Assembly: GCF_009914755.1 (NCBI RefSeq)
Contig: NC_060936.1
Reading direction: 5' to 3' (one strand)
Length of the DNA stretch: 64,000 nucleotides
DNA from: the human T2T-CHM13v2.0 reference genome, Homo sapiens
Made by a program: the position numbers and the translations under genes. Shown piece by piece: positions 37,253-52,461 of the stretch (positions are counted from its first letter, which is position 1; the number at the start of each line of letters is the position of its first letter). The notes under the pieces were generated by a model. That model did not search any database and was not told the DNA's origin. It saw only the letters and a list, made by a program, of their open reading frames with translations.

Positions 37253-40132
37253 ATTTAAATGGTTGGAGATATTAGTGCATAAGGTATGATAGTTTTGTTC
37301 CCAACTCAGTTACATCTTCCCACACCCCTTCGACCATTGTCCCTTTGGCCCTTTTTTCTTTGTATGTGCGTTCTCAGTTAATATATAGCTAATAACTCTT
37401 ATTTTTCTTATGTTTTAGACTGTTTACGCTTATCTGGATGTAAGAATGAAAATTGACTTAGTGGAAACACTTGCATATGTGTAAAGACCTAAATGGTGGT
37501 TCATTCAAGAAAATTAATCTGTGTAATAAATGGATTAAAACAGCCATAAGTTTTTTTAGAGACACGTCATTTCTGATTTCTGCTCACATTCATTGGCAGC
37601 TAGTCCCATGGCTGTACTGAGCCTCGAAGGAGGCTGGCAAGCATAGTGTAACTTTGTGCCCCAGAAAGAGAAGGAATGAATTTGTGATTTGTGAAAGGTT
37701 CAGGAGCTTCACCCCACCATCCCTCTCTCAGGATTCTGAAATTTTTAAATAGCTGGCGAGGTCAAGGCTACTAATTCTGATGAAAAGTGAAGGAATCTAC
37801 TGTATACAACTGAAGCTTGATAGGACACTTTAACATAATATGTCATTACTGAAATGTGGCCATGACAAAGATGCTAACACAGCTTCCTTTTGTCATCTGG
37901 TCTTAGATTTAAAACCTTGATTTAATGAAAGTGTTGATACCACACTGAAGAAAAAAAGACTGATTTTTTGGGGTCATTAAATATGAGCCACTTGAATAAA
38001 GGAAGGATGGTCTTGGATAGGTAAGGTAAAGGGTATAGTTTATATTAGCATGGGACAAAAGGAGAAACTACAGAAACCTACAAGAATCCCAGTGAGATAC
38101 ATTTTTCCTCTGGATAGAAACCAATAGCAAAAGTAAGGCAAGGGTTAAATAATTAACTCTCTATTTTCTTTCTTTTAACACACTTTCTCTTTTGTGTCAG
38201 ACACTGAAAAGCATGGCCTCAAACTTTGAACACTTTGAAATTTCCTCTCTTTTTTTCCCTAAAGATTTCACATTTTCCACAATTGTGTTGCACTGATAAC
38301 TATCACTCCCTTCCCTCCACTGATAATCCCAGTTTTATGTAACTTATAAAAGGCAGTCTGACCCCGAGACTTCATAGCAGGTAGCAGATGGCTTTGGTGG
38401 ATGCCTATGTCTGCTATTAAAGTAAAAAGACAGGAAGCAGCACAGACAGTGTTCTTTTATTTTAAAAAAAATTTGGGTTGTCATGTGATATGAAACACAA
38501 ATCTAAGAGCTTTCAGCAATCACAAACCTCATGTAGTGTGATTTTCACTAGAAGGTCAATGTAATACCACCTTCAAGTCTGCGTGAAAGATGCATTGCAT
38601 GAAAGAAAAGATGGTGTTTTCTGGTCTACTACTTATACATGTAACAATTTATTATACAAAAATCAGAGTACAATTCAGACAACTTGTGAATGCTTATTGA
38701 AGTTGCCAGGCAAAAATATGCTATTCCATGCCATATTAGCATTTTCTGGTTTAGGCCAGCTGATCTATTTGAATTAGGTTACATAAACCATCACATTCAA
38801 TATGTAAGTTGAACATGTATATTCAAATATTTTTCCTTTTAAAATGGAACTGTGACTCATATTATACAGAACTTACTCTGAATAAAGTAAAACTAGACAG
38901 ATTGCAGTGCTTTCCCCCAGTCAGCTAAGAATTCTAAGAGCCCACAGACATAACAGTGAGAGTTTCAGGTTTGTTTTCAATAGTCAGATGTGTTGCTTAT
39001 TCCACTTTTAAAAAGTTCATAGAACTCATTAATACTTTTATATACCATAATCATTCACCTTCAACATTTGATATTGTGTTTAAAATATGACTTTACTTAA
39101 TTATTTTCAACAAGCACTTTTCCGGAGTATCCACCAGTCAGAAACACCATTTCAAGTGCTCTGGAACCTTCTGCTTTTACATATTAATAATTCCCAAACA
39201 GAGTGTCTGCTTCAGACATTAGTTTCTGAAATAGAATTGAGTCTTAATTAGCTCAAGAGAAACTCCTACTTAAGTAGTCTTAGAGAAAATGCACTCATTT
39301 CCCCCTCTAATATATCCTCCTGTTGTTTGACTGTGATGAGAATGGTCTTTTAAAAGAGGCCTCAGGTGTGAAACCAACTGTTGAGGCTCATTGTCAGCTG
39401 CTGGTTTCTAGAGTATTAATTCAAAATTAGGGAAAATATAAGACTATGTCTACATTGGCCAACTATCGCAAAACAACAATTTTCAGTTAAGGGTGCAGCA
39501 TCCTCTACAATGCCCTTGAGGAAGATTCAGAAGCTCATTCTATTTCCATCTGCTTCCATCATTAGAGAATGCAGTTGATTGATTCAACCTCTCTAACAAT
39601 AAGAACGAATGTTATTTAACTAAAAGGTGAGTATCGGCATCATATCTAGGTCAAAATGAACACAAATAAGCTTGCTGTTTGTCAATTACATATCTGTATA
39701 TACATATGCAGATTCACAAGTATCTATACAATTTTTCAAACATAGAAATTATACTTTTTATGGTTTGAAGGCTGAAATGACTTCATTTGTATCGGGTCTC
39801 ATTGTTGTTGGATGAAAAGTGCAAAAGAAGAATGAGCAAAAGAACAGCTGCTGTCTCCTCCAATCTTCCTATCAAGAAATGACACTGAGTACTCATCTTA
39901 CACATCTTCTACATCACTCATTTAACACCAGATATAGTACATTATGATCAACATTTTTATTAATATCATCATTGGAGGTCTTGAGTGTATATAGCTTATT
40001 TCATCAAAATATGGAATGTTGCTTGTGGGTAAAACGTATATATATTTTAAATCCCTGTTGGGTCTGTTGGAGTGCTATATACAAAGTAGGCACTCAGAAA
40101 ATATTTGTTGTAGGATAGATTAATTAAATGCT

Positions 40133-40563
40133 TAAGGCAAGACTGCTAATTGTCCCCTAGTATTTATTCACCCCTTCCTATAGGAATAGAAGCTCCATCT
40201 CCACCCTCTGGTGTTAGGACACATGGCTGTCTAGCTAGGGACTGCATTTCTCAGCATCACTAGCAGCTAGATAATCTGGCCTGTGTCCAGTTATTTCTTA
40301 TGACACTGCTGTCCTCTGCTTCTTTCACCTTTTCAGGTGTAGTGATCATCCAGCGTCATGCACAGTAGATGAGAAACTCCTAGGGGATGGTAGACAGACA
40401 AGGTAGAAGGAATTTAGATGGAGCAAAATTATTTATGTGTTTGAACCTCCCACCTATTCCTGCACTGCTAAATGTGAGAAAACAGAGTTCCATTTTATTT
40501 GAGTGAGATTGCATTCTGTGATATCTTTGTTACTGCTGCTGGGCTAGCACTATAACTGACATA
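40133..40563 (+). mobile_element. LTR33-type ERVL solo LTR
   Basis: GACTGCTAATTGTCCCC...GACTGCATTTCTCAGCATCACTAGCAGCTAG...TAACTGACATA. Confidence 0.7.
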
Positions 40564-40584
40564 ACATGCATAATGCTCTATTCC

Positions 40585-40892
40585 TTTTTTTTTTTTTTTT
40601 TTTTGGAGACAGAGCCTCACTCTGTTGCCCAGGCTGGAGTGCAGTGGCACAATCTTGGCTCTCACTGCAACCTCTGTCTCCAGGGGTCAAGCGATTCTCC
40701 TGCCTCAGCCTCCCAAGTAGCTGCGACTACAGGCATGTGCCACCATGTCCAGCTAATTTTTTTTGTATTTTTAGTAGAGACAAGGTTTCACCATGTTGAC
40801 TAGACTGGTCTCAAACTCCTGACTTCAGATGATCTGCCTGCCTTGGCCTCCCAAGGTGTTGGGATTACAGGCATGAGCCACCATGCCCGGCC
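40585..40892 (-). mobile_element. AluS (Sx/Sz-type)
   Basis: Full dimer; TSD ATAATGCTCTAT(T)CC at 40570-40584 and 40893-40906. Confidence 0.95.
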
Positions 40893-42379
40893 ATAATGCT
40901 CTATCCTATAGATGCCATTCTAGAATTCCACAGATCCACTGGTTGTCTTCTACTATGATTGTGATAATCTGAGAAGCAGTCAGGTCTGACTTAAAGGCAT
41001 TTGTGGCTATTGAAGATGAGAGAACCCATCTGTTAAGGATGCCTGCTCTCAAGCTAAGTATCGGCAAAATTCACTAAGGCTGTGGTCTTCACTGTAAGAG
41101 AAGCCACTGTAAAATGAAGTCAGAATTGCACAGATTATCAGAGTGAGCTGCCTTTTGTTGCCTATGTAATTTGTAATTATCTCAAATAAAAATCTAACAG
41201 CAATTTTTTAAGGTTTTGCAAAGAACTAAAAATGAAGTGCAACTTAGCCTTGAATAATCAAAGCATTTTTTTCTAAATACCTCTATGCCTTAACACACGC
41301 ACAAAAATGTAAGTAAATTGAGGAAAGAGATTGTTTCATATTTCTGTTTGCACAGAAATCATGTTTATATATACGGCAAAAGAGTGAACTCATCCTAAGT
41401 ATTCACTGAGGGTTGTTGAATTGATTGTTCAGAATATAGAAGCTCAAAAATATTGTACATATTCTAGTGTCTATGACTAATAATTGGAATAAGTTTCACA
41501 ATAGTTTACTTATCTAAGTATTATTTTCTCCACATTGGTAATTGCTATACTGTTGGTAGTACAAAAATAAATATTTGGGGAACTTTCTACATAAAAAAAA
41601 ATCCAGTCATTGCTAGAGTTATTTGAGCTAATAGCTATGTTTCAGTTGGGATTTCCAGAATATCTGCTGAATACTTTATCCTGCAATTTAGATCAAGAAA
41701 GCAGGGTTTATTTTTGATCAGGGTTTATATATTTACAGAAAACAAAAGAAAAATCTCTAGATTCCAATTAGGTTGAGTTTGCTTTTTTGAACAATAAATT
41801 CAGATGTCATAATAATGAAATATTTCTCCACCACACTGAGCCTTTGAAGAACAGCTTTCTTATGGGTAAGTTGATCAGTTTGGTCTGGATAAACAGGAGC
41901 TACCCACACAGAAATCACTGGTTTCGGGAAGAAGGCTTTCTGTAATTTGTGTTGTGTTGATCCCCATCATAACAGGAGAGTAATCATGGATGAGTAACTT
42001 TTATGTCTTGTACCAGTATAGATATGATGAAGAATTTCTAAGTACCTAATCTATTGCCCAATTTTGAAGAGCTAATTGAATCATTATACATTTAATATAG
42101 CCTTTTGAACATTTTTAGCAATTGCTTCCAGAAAAACATGACTTGTGACATTTTAAAAAATTACCTTAAAAATAATATGAAAAAATCAATAATAAACTCA
42201 AATAAAAAATAAGTTACTTAAGAGTTAACTATTTTTCCAAATTAAATTGCACATTAAGTTCTATAGTTTTTGAGATCATTTAAAACAAAATTTCCACCAA
42301 CCTCCCTTTATTTGAGGGTATTTTAAAACTAAAAACAATTAAGTTTTTGAGATCGATTTAATTTTTACTTCTTTTAAGT

Positions 42380-42800
42380 ACCAGCATAAACATCTGCCAT
42401 CTGGCATAGAAATTACTTCATATGGCGGGAGGAGAGATGAGATTTATTTAAAAGTTCTTTGTCTTTGATACTTTTCCCTGCTGCATTTTCCACTAGTGTA
42501 ATTTGAACCTGACTGTATTTAAATAACCATTTATCGCCGTAATGGAAGAGCGGACTTAAAAATACATAACTGCTGTCATTCCAGGAGACTGTATTAAGGA
42601 AACATAGAATTTGCCATTCTAGATCAGACCATTTGTCTGTCTTGTCTCACACTTGCCTCCGGCAGTGGCCAACATTGAAGACAATGGAGAACCGCAAAAA
42701 TATGCAACGTGGGCACAACCCATTTTGCGGGGAATAATTATTTTCTCTGTTGGTATTCTTACACTATGGTATATTAGAATTGAATCACCCCCACCTGTTT
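42380..42800. promoter_or_regulatory. Putative conserved non-coding element
   Basis: Non-repetitive, with several retained CpGs in a CpG-depleted background; inference only. Confidence 0.35.
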
Positions 42801-43310
42801 ATATTATTAATAATTTTATCAATCAATACACTAACCAGTTCTGCTAAAATTATTTTACTGAATTATGCTTAATGATCTATGGTATTTCTATAGAGGAAAT
42901 ACTCTTATGGGACTAACACTCAGGTTTTTAATGCCTTGATTTTTAAATATGAGAAAGATATGGGGAAATTTAGGCTGTATAGCACAACAAAACAAACTGA
43001 AACCCTTTAATTCTTGCTTGTACTTCAAAGCCCAGAAAAAAACATATTTACTACAAAAGTTCAGCTTGCAGGTCCAGAAGACAATCTAACATGATCTAGC
43101 TTTATACTAAATTTACTATTGATAGTAGAAGAAAAATTCTATGCTGGGTGATTAATAGGTTGGCCAGAATGTAGGCCTACAAATTTTTATCTTCCTTGAC
43201 ATCTCACCAATGTTGTGGAAAAAATATTACAGCAACAAATTCATTTCATGATCTGTCTCTGAAGTTATAGGTGGGTACTATGAGCAGAATACTTACCAAG
43301 TGTAGAGCTC

Positions 43311-43350
43311 ACATACACACACATACACACACACACACACACACAGACAC
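43311..43350. repeat. Imperfect (CA)n microsatellite
   Basis: Directly visible. Confidence 0.9.
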
Positions 43351-44558
43351 CAATGTATGCACACATTGTCCGCTCCACATACTCACACATTTCCCCAGTG
43401 CTCCAGGCATTTTGAACTGTTTGGTGCCCCCTGTTCATTATTTGCCTTCACTTTGTCCTCTGCTAGTTCCTTCCTTACCTGTCCCTAGGCAAATATAAAC
43501 TGTCCTCCATGATCACATAAATTATACCCATTCTTCTATAAGACTACTATTATAATCTCTCAAGGAATTATAAGTGCATAAAATTTGTGTAATCTTTCAG
43601 CCAACTTCTTACCTGCCCCATAAAAAGTACTTATAAAACAACTTTTTTCTTGTCTCCTTCACAACCAGAAAAAAAACAAATCTTTGTAAATTACTGTCAA
43701 ATTACAAGTACCACTACTGGTGTGATCATTTTTTGGGATAATATGTTTGTAAACATATTTACTACAAAAATCAAGAGTTTTAAATTGGGTAAACGCCTGC
43801 CCACCTGGTTACTCAGTTGAGTAGGGCCTTCCTTCTGTTTTTTTTTTTTTTTTTAAAGTCCTCTGTTGGTGTGACTATTAACGCCAAATCACTTTGAAAG
43901 TTCAGCAAAATGTTTTCAGTTTTGAGCTGAAAAATGGTATTAGTGGCTGGAGATGGTATCACATGACATTTCCAGCCTCCAGAATGATAATATGTTGTCT
44001 GCTGACTTAATAAACTCTCTTTCTACAATTGTTAGTATCTTCAGAGATATCTTTTCAGTATTTGTTTTTATGTATATTGAGCAATAATACAATCATACAT
44101 GGTCATGGATGACTAAAAATATTCAAATTGGGATACTTAGGTAGTGAATGAGTTTTAAAAGTGCTCTTAAATAGGTAAGCAGTTGAAAATGATTTATTTC
44201 AATTGGCGTTGTACTGAACTGGCAGCAAAAGGAGAGGCAGGGAAAAAAATCCTCATCCCTTCCTAAAATAAGAGAAAGAATTTTAACTTTGAGCCAAGCT
44301 CTAAAGGCATCTGGAAATCCTTGCATCGGTTTCTTAGCTTCTTGCATTTTGTAGGCTAGCCTTTCCATGAAGGCAAAAAGAACTTTCTCAGAATAAACAC
44401 TTCTTCCAGCTAAGATCAATCCCTACCTTTTAGATGTAGCATACCTATCAAAAATAAAGCTTGGCAAGATTTTATCCATAATGCGACTTGATAACTTTTA
44501 AATCTGTTGGCCAGAATCTTCACTTTAGCATGAGACAGGTTAAGATATCCCTCTATCT

Positions 44559-44783
44559 CCATAGTTCTCAATGGAAGCAATTTTTGGCTCCACATTCCCC
44601 CCATCCCCAGGATATTTGGCAAAGTCTGGAGACATTTCTATTGTCAACACTGTGGGGTTGGTACAGGCATATAGGAGTTAGTGGCCTGAGATGCTGTTAA
44701 ACATCCTACAACGCACAGGACCAATGCACCAATGAAGAATTGTCTTGCCCACATATCAATAGGGCTGAGATTAAGTAATTCAG
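44559..44783. mobile_element. MER20 (hAT-Charlie)
   Basis: ATTTGGCAAAGTCTGGAGACATTT...GATGCTGTTAAACATCCTACAACGCACAGGAC; degenerate 8-bp TSD CTCTATCT / CTCTAAAT. Confidence 0.9.
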
Positions 44784-44960
44784 CTCTAAATGAAGAGTAT
44801 TAGAAACACAAACACAGAGAGTGTTGAAATATCTCACCACCCACTCTGGAATGAGAATTATACATGGTTTACTATGAATTAAATTAAGCATAACCATATA
44901 CAACTGTCAAAGAAATACACTAGGCTTCTAATAGCCATTTTTTTGTTGTTTTTTAGTTCA

Positions 44961-45317
<357 letters not shown>

Positions 45318-47844
45318 CTAATCACTGAGAATGGAAAGGCCTCAAGTTAATTTTAAGTAGCACTCTTTGTCATCTTATTTCTATAGGGAATTTGCTTGTG
45401 TCCCTATAGAAGTTATGTGTCTAACCAGGGTATTCTATGCTATACTGGAACGGAGTGAACAATTTGTTCTGCAACATTTGAGTTTCAGTTGGAACAGCTC
45501 CCATTACTGACTGTGAATGTAGACATGATGACATTCCTTGTGTAATACCAGTAAGCATCCACTTATCCTTCTCACTGTACTTGTTGTAGCTGCTTAACAT
45601 TGTGTTTTGTTTTGTATTCCTATTTAAACATTCCATACCCAATAGCAAGAAGGCAAAAATGTCACGAAATTGACAGAACATGTAAAAGTGTGTTTGCAGC
45701 TTCAGATGAAGAATTACAAGGAAAAATTTTAATTTTACATTTCATCAGGGAAAAATTCTGATACTTCTAAAAAACATTGTCAATTCTGATACTTCTAAAA
45801 AATTAGAGCAACATATTAGAAAACCTTTGTGCTTATTGGATTTCATTCAATTTTGCCAAGACTCTTGGATATCAATACCAAAGCAGACTTTCAAAATTAC
45901 TCTACCCCAAAGCTGAACACATATCTCCAAGGTATTCTCAAATGATGGGCATTGTCTTAGGCCAGGTGGCTGGGCTGATTTTCCACTGCCTTGCTCTACT
46001 CCCCACTGAACACACAAATTCATATAACCTTTTTGATCCCCTTTCTCCCTCTGTCCTTCCCCTACTGCCACTTTTATGTCTTGACCATTCCAGAAGAAAT
46101 GACAAATGGTTATCTTGAGGTCATTTTTGAACGAGAGCAATAACAGTAATATTGATAATAAAATCCAAATTCAGAGAAGACCTGCGTTTGATTCAGAAGC
46201 TAGTGTGTTTGTGCATGGTGTTAAAGGTGTACTAAGTAGGTATTAATCTTATTTTCTCCATTCATTTTACATGAAAGCTGTCATTATTGGGATAAGAATA
46301 AAATGAACATAAGTATGATAAATGATAAGTGCACATGGGAGTCAATATACCACTCAGAGAGAGCACTGCTAATCAACCGGTGCAGTAGGCTAATGCACCA
46401 TGTGAACAGGCATCTCAGGGAGAGTCTAAATTTGTAACTCAGGGAAGCTTGGCATTTAGCTCGAGCTGCTTTTGGCTTAAGGGGAAACAAAGGGTACAAT
46501 CATGTGTGGATTACAGCAGCAAATCATGTTTCAGAAGGTGCCTTTGCAAGACCATGTAAAACAGAACCAATTCTATATCCCTAACAAGGCCCAGCATATA
46601 CATGAGTTGTTTAATGAATGTTAAATAATGTTAATAAAAATGGATGAAAAAGTACTGTACTCTTTTTTTAATGAACAGTGAAAAGAAAGAGTAAGAGAAT
46701 CAATTAGTTCTCAGTTTGAAACCTCTGGCTTATATATTAAAGCTGATGAATACAATTTTAAAAATGCAAGTGCTGGAGTCTCTATGCTATTGGGAATCTG
46801 TCATCTTTTAAAACATACTTTTTAAACTTGATTCTTAATTATTAATAGATTAATGATTCCCATTGCTTTTGATGATCTCAAGATCTCTTACATAGTTTCT
46901 TTGTTAACGGCAATACCATTTCTGTTTCCCTTATTCCAGTTAGCCAAGAAGCTAGGGAAGTAGCAGGTTTATAGTTCTGTTATTTCAACTAAAATGCATT
47001 TCTTATACCCTTAAGAGAGGAGTGGAGTAGATAGCAATTCAGCTGCATAGAAATATGGTTGGCTGGGCTCATGTTGGTTAAGGAGACTGTTGGAAGTAGC
47101 AATTCTGGAATGATTAGTGGCTCTTAGTGACATCAGTCACCTTGGCTCTTACTTCAAGTATTTTAGAAGTGTCCCTGTTGCACTCCCTTCCCAGGTGGCT
47201 GATGAATTAATGATTATTTACTGAGCATCTACTATGTGCCTGACTCATTGTTAAGTACCTAGAGAGCCACAAAGAAAATGATACAGTGAAATAGAAAACC
47301 CGTGCTTAACTAGCAAACACTACCTTCTGGCTGACAGTTCAGGAAAGAGTTAGCGTCTGAAAAGAAAAAAAAAAAATACATGATCTTGACTAGAAAGAGG
47401 AAGTAGATTAGCTTCCTCAGTTTCCATTTTCCTACCTACCACCACAAGCCCCTACTCTCATATTCCTAGTCTAGACCCAGTGAGGACTTGGTAATAGGTA
47501 AGCAACTGCTGAAGGACAATAAAAAAAGTGGAAAGGAGAATAACCATAGGGAATGCAGCCAAAGACTAAGAAAGGTGGATGTAGTGAGAGTGCAGATAAG
47601 ACTCCTCACATCTTTAACATCATAAGCTAGCTGACATCAAACACTAAGCAGGAAAAATAAGGAGACAGCAGTGGTTGTGAGGTAGTTGCCAGCTTTATTT
47701 ACCACCAACTAAATCAACATTGTGCTCTGTTATTTAAACTTACATTACTACAAGTATATAATCATAATTCTTGGTGTATATGCTACTTATTCCCATGAAT
47801 ATTGAGCAAGAACAATATATCAATATAGTAATATACTGCAACCT

Positions 47845-48480
47845 TCTCTCAGCAAGCATTCATCTTCACTGTCTACTATTTCAGGCCCTTCGTAGGTGCT
47901 GGATAAACAAAGATGACCAAGACATGTTCCCTGCCCTCAAAGAGGACAAAATCTAGAATTTTCTTTTAAAATGTGCTGATTTGGTTGCTACACCAGAGTC
48001 ATCGTCATAGTTGGTTAAACATATTGGTTAAATATAATCATTTTGTTGGTAACCCAACAAAACTTGAACTGCTTTAGATAATAATTTTTTGATAAGGTCA
48101 GACTTGAAGGAAGGATTTGAATAGATCACAGGGATAAAGAGCATTCCAGATTGATGGAAATATGTAACTAAAAAAGGATCCAGTCTTTGAAAGATAGCAT
48201 GGCACCCACCTGTACTGACAGGGGTCGAGGTAATCGACTGAAATAAGGTGAGAAAGAAGAGGATTTCTGTATTGCAGATAGTGTAAATAAAGTCCTTGGA
48301 AAGAGATTTGGCCCTGAAGTCAGGAGATCTGGGTTTAATTTTATAATCTTGAGCCAATCAGTCTTAATCTATCATCTTTTAACTCTCCTATTCATAGAAA
48401 TGAGGATGAGAATATATATTTGTCTATACTGTAATTCACAATTTCACAGAATGGTTTCTAGGCTGAATAAGAACCTAAAG
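47845..48480. mobile_element. L2 fragment (~47845-47960, -) and MIR (~48295-48480, +)
   Basis: GTAGGTGCTGG...TCCCTGCCCTCAAAGAG; GAAAGAGATTTGGCCCTGAAGTCAGGAGATCTGGGTT. Confidence 0.65.
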
Positions 48481-49434
48481 CAAATTGCTTTGAGCTGTTG
48501 GAAGAAAGATACTATTCAAATCCAAGGAAGTATTTTAAGATCTTATATTCACTCACTTTTATATGTGGTTTTGCTAAAATAGAAAGATTAGTTTGAAGTT
48601 CATCCTGCTGTTTTGGTAAAATCAGTAAAAATGTCTTCCTGATTTTTTTCTGAGTGTAAGATAAAATTTATTGTCCTCAGCTAAGTAGATTATCAGCCAT
48701 TTTCTTTGAATAGCCATATCTTAAAAGTAGAATCTCTTTTATTTATAGATAGCCTAAAAAATGACATGTGAACTTATAAAATTTCATGTAAAATGAAGCA
48801 TGTTAAATGCATGTGATAGTTCTTACTCCTGAGTTTGTTATTCCTTTCTATGTAACACAAATAGAATCCTCCCTAACTTAAATTTTAGTAGTTTCAAAAC
48901 AGATTAATACAAATGAGTTTCTTTCAAGCATATATAGTTTAGGGTATTTTTAAAAATAAAATTACTATCTTACTTGTATACTACTCAACTGTATTTGAAC
49001 AATGATATTTGTAGAATAGGTAGATGGAAACTTCATTTTCATCCTACAAGTAACTAATGCTCAGCTATCAGTTGAGGTCATACTGCCTCTTAAATCTAAG
49101 GAAGATTTACTTGATTCCTTATTTTAAGTCTTGAGATTTCAGCTCCTTCTACAGTAGGTTAGATCATGCATCATTTTGCTATTTTGTTCATTCTGTCCCT
49201 GTTCTGTCATATTGTCTCAGAGGTGGAAGCCATCCTGTTTACCTGCTTTTAACAGGTAAATGTCTCACAAAGAACTTTTTAGTATTAGCTGAGTTTAATG
49301 ATAGTTTGGGGAAATGGAAAGGGTTCACAGTGCAGCGTTGTAAATGTCAAAATTGCATATTAAACATCTTGGTCCTTTAAAAATATCCATCTGTAGGTAT
49401 TTTTGAAAATCAGGCTTTAGCCTTTCTCTGTATT

Positions 49435-49731
49435 ATTTATTTATTTGTTTTTGAGGTGGAATCTTGCTCTGTGGCCAGGCTGGACTGCAGTGGCACGATC
49501 TTGGCTCACTGCAACCTCTGCCTCTTAAGTTCAAGTAATTCTTCTGCCTCAGCCTCTGGAGTAGCTGGGACTATAGGCGCGTGCCACCACGCCCAGCTAA
49601 TTTTTGTATTTTTAGCAGAGACGGGGTTTCACCATGTTGGCCAAGATGGTCTTGATCTCTTGACCTCATGATCCGCCTGCCTCGGCTTCCCAAAGTGTTG
49701 GGATTACAGGCGTGAGTCACCACGCCCGGCC
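49435..49731 (-). mobile_element. AluSc
   Basis: Diagnostic GTGGCCAGGCTGG (single-base deletion) and GATCTCTTGACCTC; TSD CTTTCTCTGT (49422-49431 and 49732-49741). Confidence 0.92.
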
Positions 49732-50199
49732 CTTTCTCTGTGTTTTTAGAGCCTCCCTCTCCTCTCATTCTCTTGAAAGCCAAACATAAAATGAAGTTAA
49801 AATAAATTCTTCTTATTTTTGTAATACAGAAAATTTTGAATCTCTCTCCATTCTTCTTAACTCATGACTTTGTAGTTATACTTTGCACTGCCACTTTTCC
49901 AAACCTATGTGATTCTTTCACTGTGAAGTCTTGATGTTACTATAATATTTTTTATGTTATTTAATATTCTATGTCAAATATATCTTAGACTGATTAAACC
50001 ACAAAATTACTAGAAGAAAATTTTGGTGAATTTTTTTTTAATTTCAGAAAGTGGGAGGACATTATATACATAAAATAGATAATAAATTACAATATTAAAA
50101 AATGTATAGATTGGACCACATGACATTTATTTTGTCCTTACCCCTCAAAAAAACAAAATAATTAAACTTTTAAGGATTTCATCCTTGAGTCTCTTAAAT

Positions 50200-50941
<742 letters not shown>

Positions 50942-50943
50942 TC

Positions 50944-51245
50944 TTTTTTTTTTTTTTTTTTTTTGAGACAGGGTCTTGCTCTGTGGCCCATGCTGGAGTA
51001 AGGTGACACACTCATGGCTCACTGCAGCCTCAACCTCCTGGGCTCAAGCCATCCTCCCACCTCAGCCTCCTGAGGGGCTGGGACTACAGGTGCATGCCAT
51101 CGTACATGATTAATTTTTAAAATTTTTTGTAGAGATGAAGGTCTCACTGTGTTGCCTGGGCTGGTCTCAAACACTGGGCCTCAAGCAACGCTCCTGCCTT
51201 GGCCTCCCAAAGTGCTGGGATTATAGGCCTGAGCCACTGCACCTG
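50944..51245 (-). mobile_element. AluJ, inserted into an L1MC 3'-end fragment (~50620-51320)
   Basis: CTGCAGCCTCAACCTCCTGGGCTCAAG; TSD CTGTATCTTTT at 50633 and 51243 flanks the AluY+AluJ pair. Confidence 0.92.
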
Positions 51246-51369
51246 TATCTTTTAGAGTAGTTCTAGGTTCACAGCAAAACAGAGTGGAGGGTACAGAGAT
51301 TGCCCACATATGCCCCACCACCTAACATTTTAAAACACCTGTTAGCCTCCACAATTATATGTAAATATC

Positions 51370-52030
<661 letters not shown>

Positions 52031-52086
52031 GTAATCTAAACCTGATGAAATGTCCCTGACCTATCTGCTAGCTAAGAAACAAAAGC

Positions 52087-52461
52087 CAGGGATTGGCAAA
52101 TGTTTTCTGTAAGGGATCAGGTAGTAAATATTTTAGGCTTTGAGGGCCACACATGGTTTCTCTCACATATTTTTTTTGTTTGTTTGATTAAACCATCCTT
52201 TGGCTAGGCCTGGTAGCTCCCACCTGTAATCCCAGTGCTTTGGGAGGCCCAGGCAGGAGGACCATTTGAGGCCAGTTTGAGACCATTCTGGGCAACATAG
52301 CCAGAGCCTGTCTCTACCAAAACAGACAAACAAACAAAAAAACAAAAAATTAACAACACTTTGAAAATGTTTAAAAACATTTTTTAAAAATAACTCACAG
52401 GCTATACAAAAATAGGCTGTGGGCAACATACAGTCCTAGGATCATAGTTTGCTGATCTCTA
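52087..52461. mobile_element. MER58B (hAT-Charlie) interrupted by a FLAM
   Basis: CAGGGATTGGCAAATGTTTTCTGTAAGGG...ATAGTTTGCTGATCTCT. Confidence 0.85.
52202..52349 (+). mobile_element. FLAM_C-type left Alu monomer
   Basis: Left arm only, followed by a (CAAA)n tail. Confidence 0.85.

Noticed and set aside
47340-47720. Possible ancient LTR fragment
   Set aside because: Composition is suggestive, but no termini, TSD or family motif could be identified
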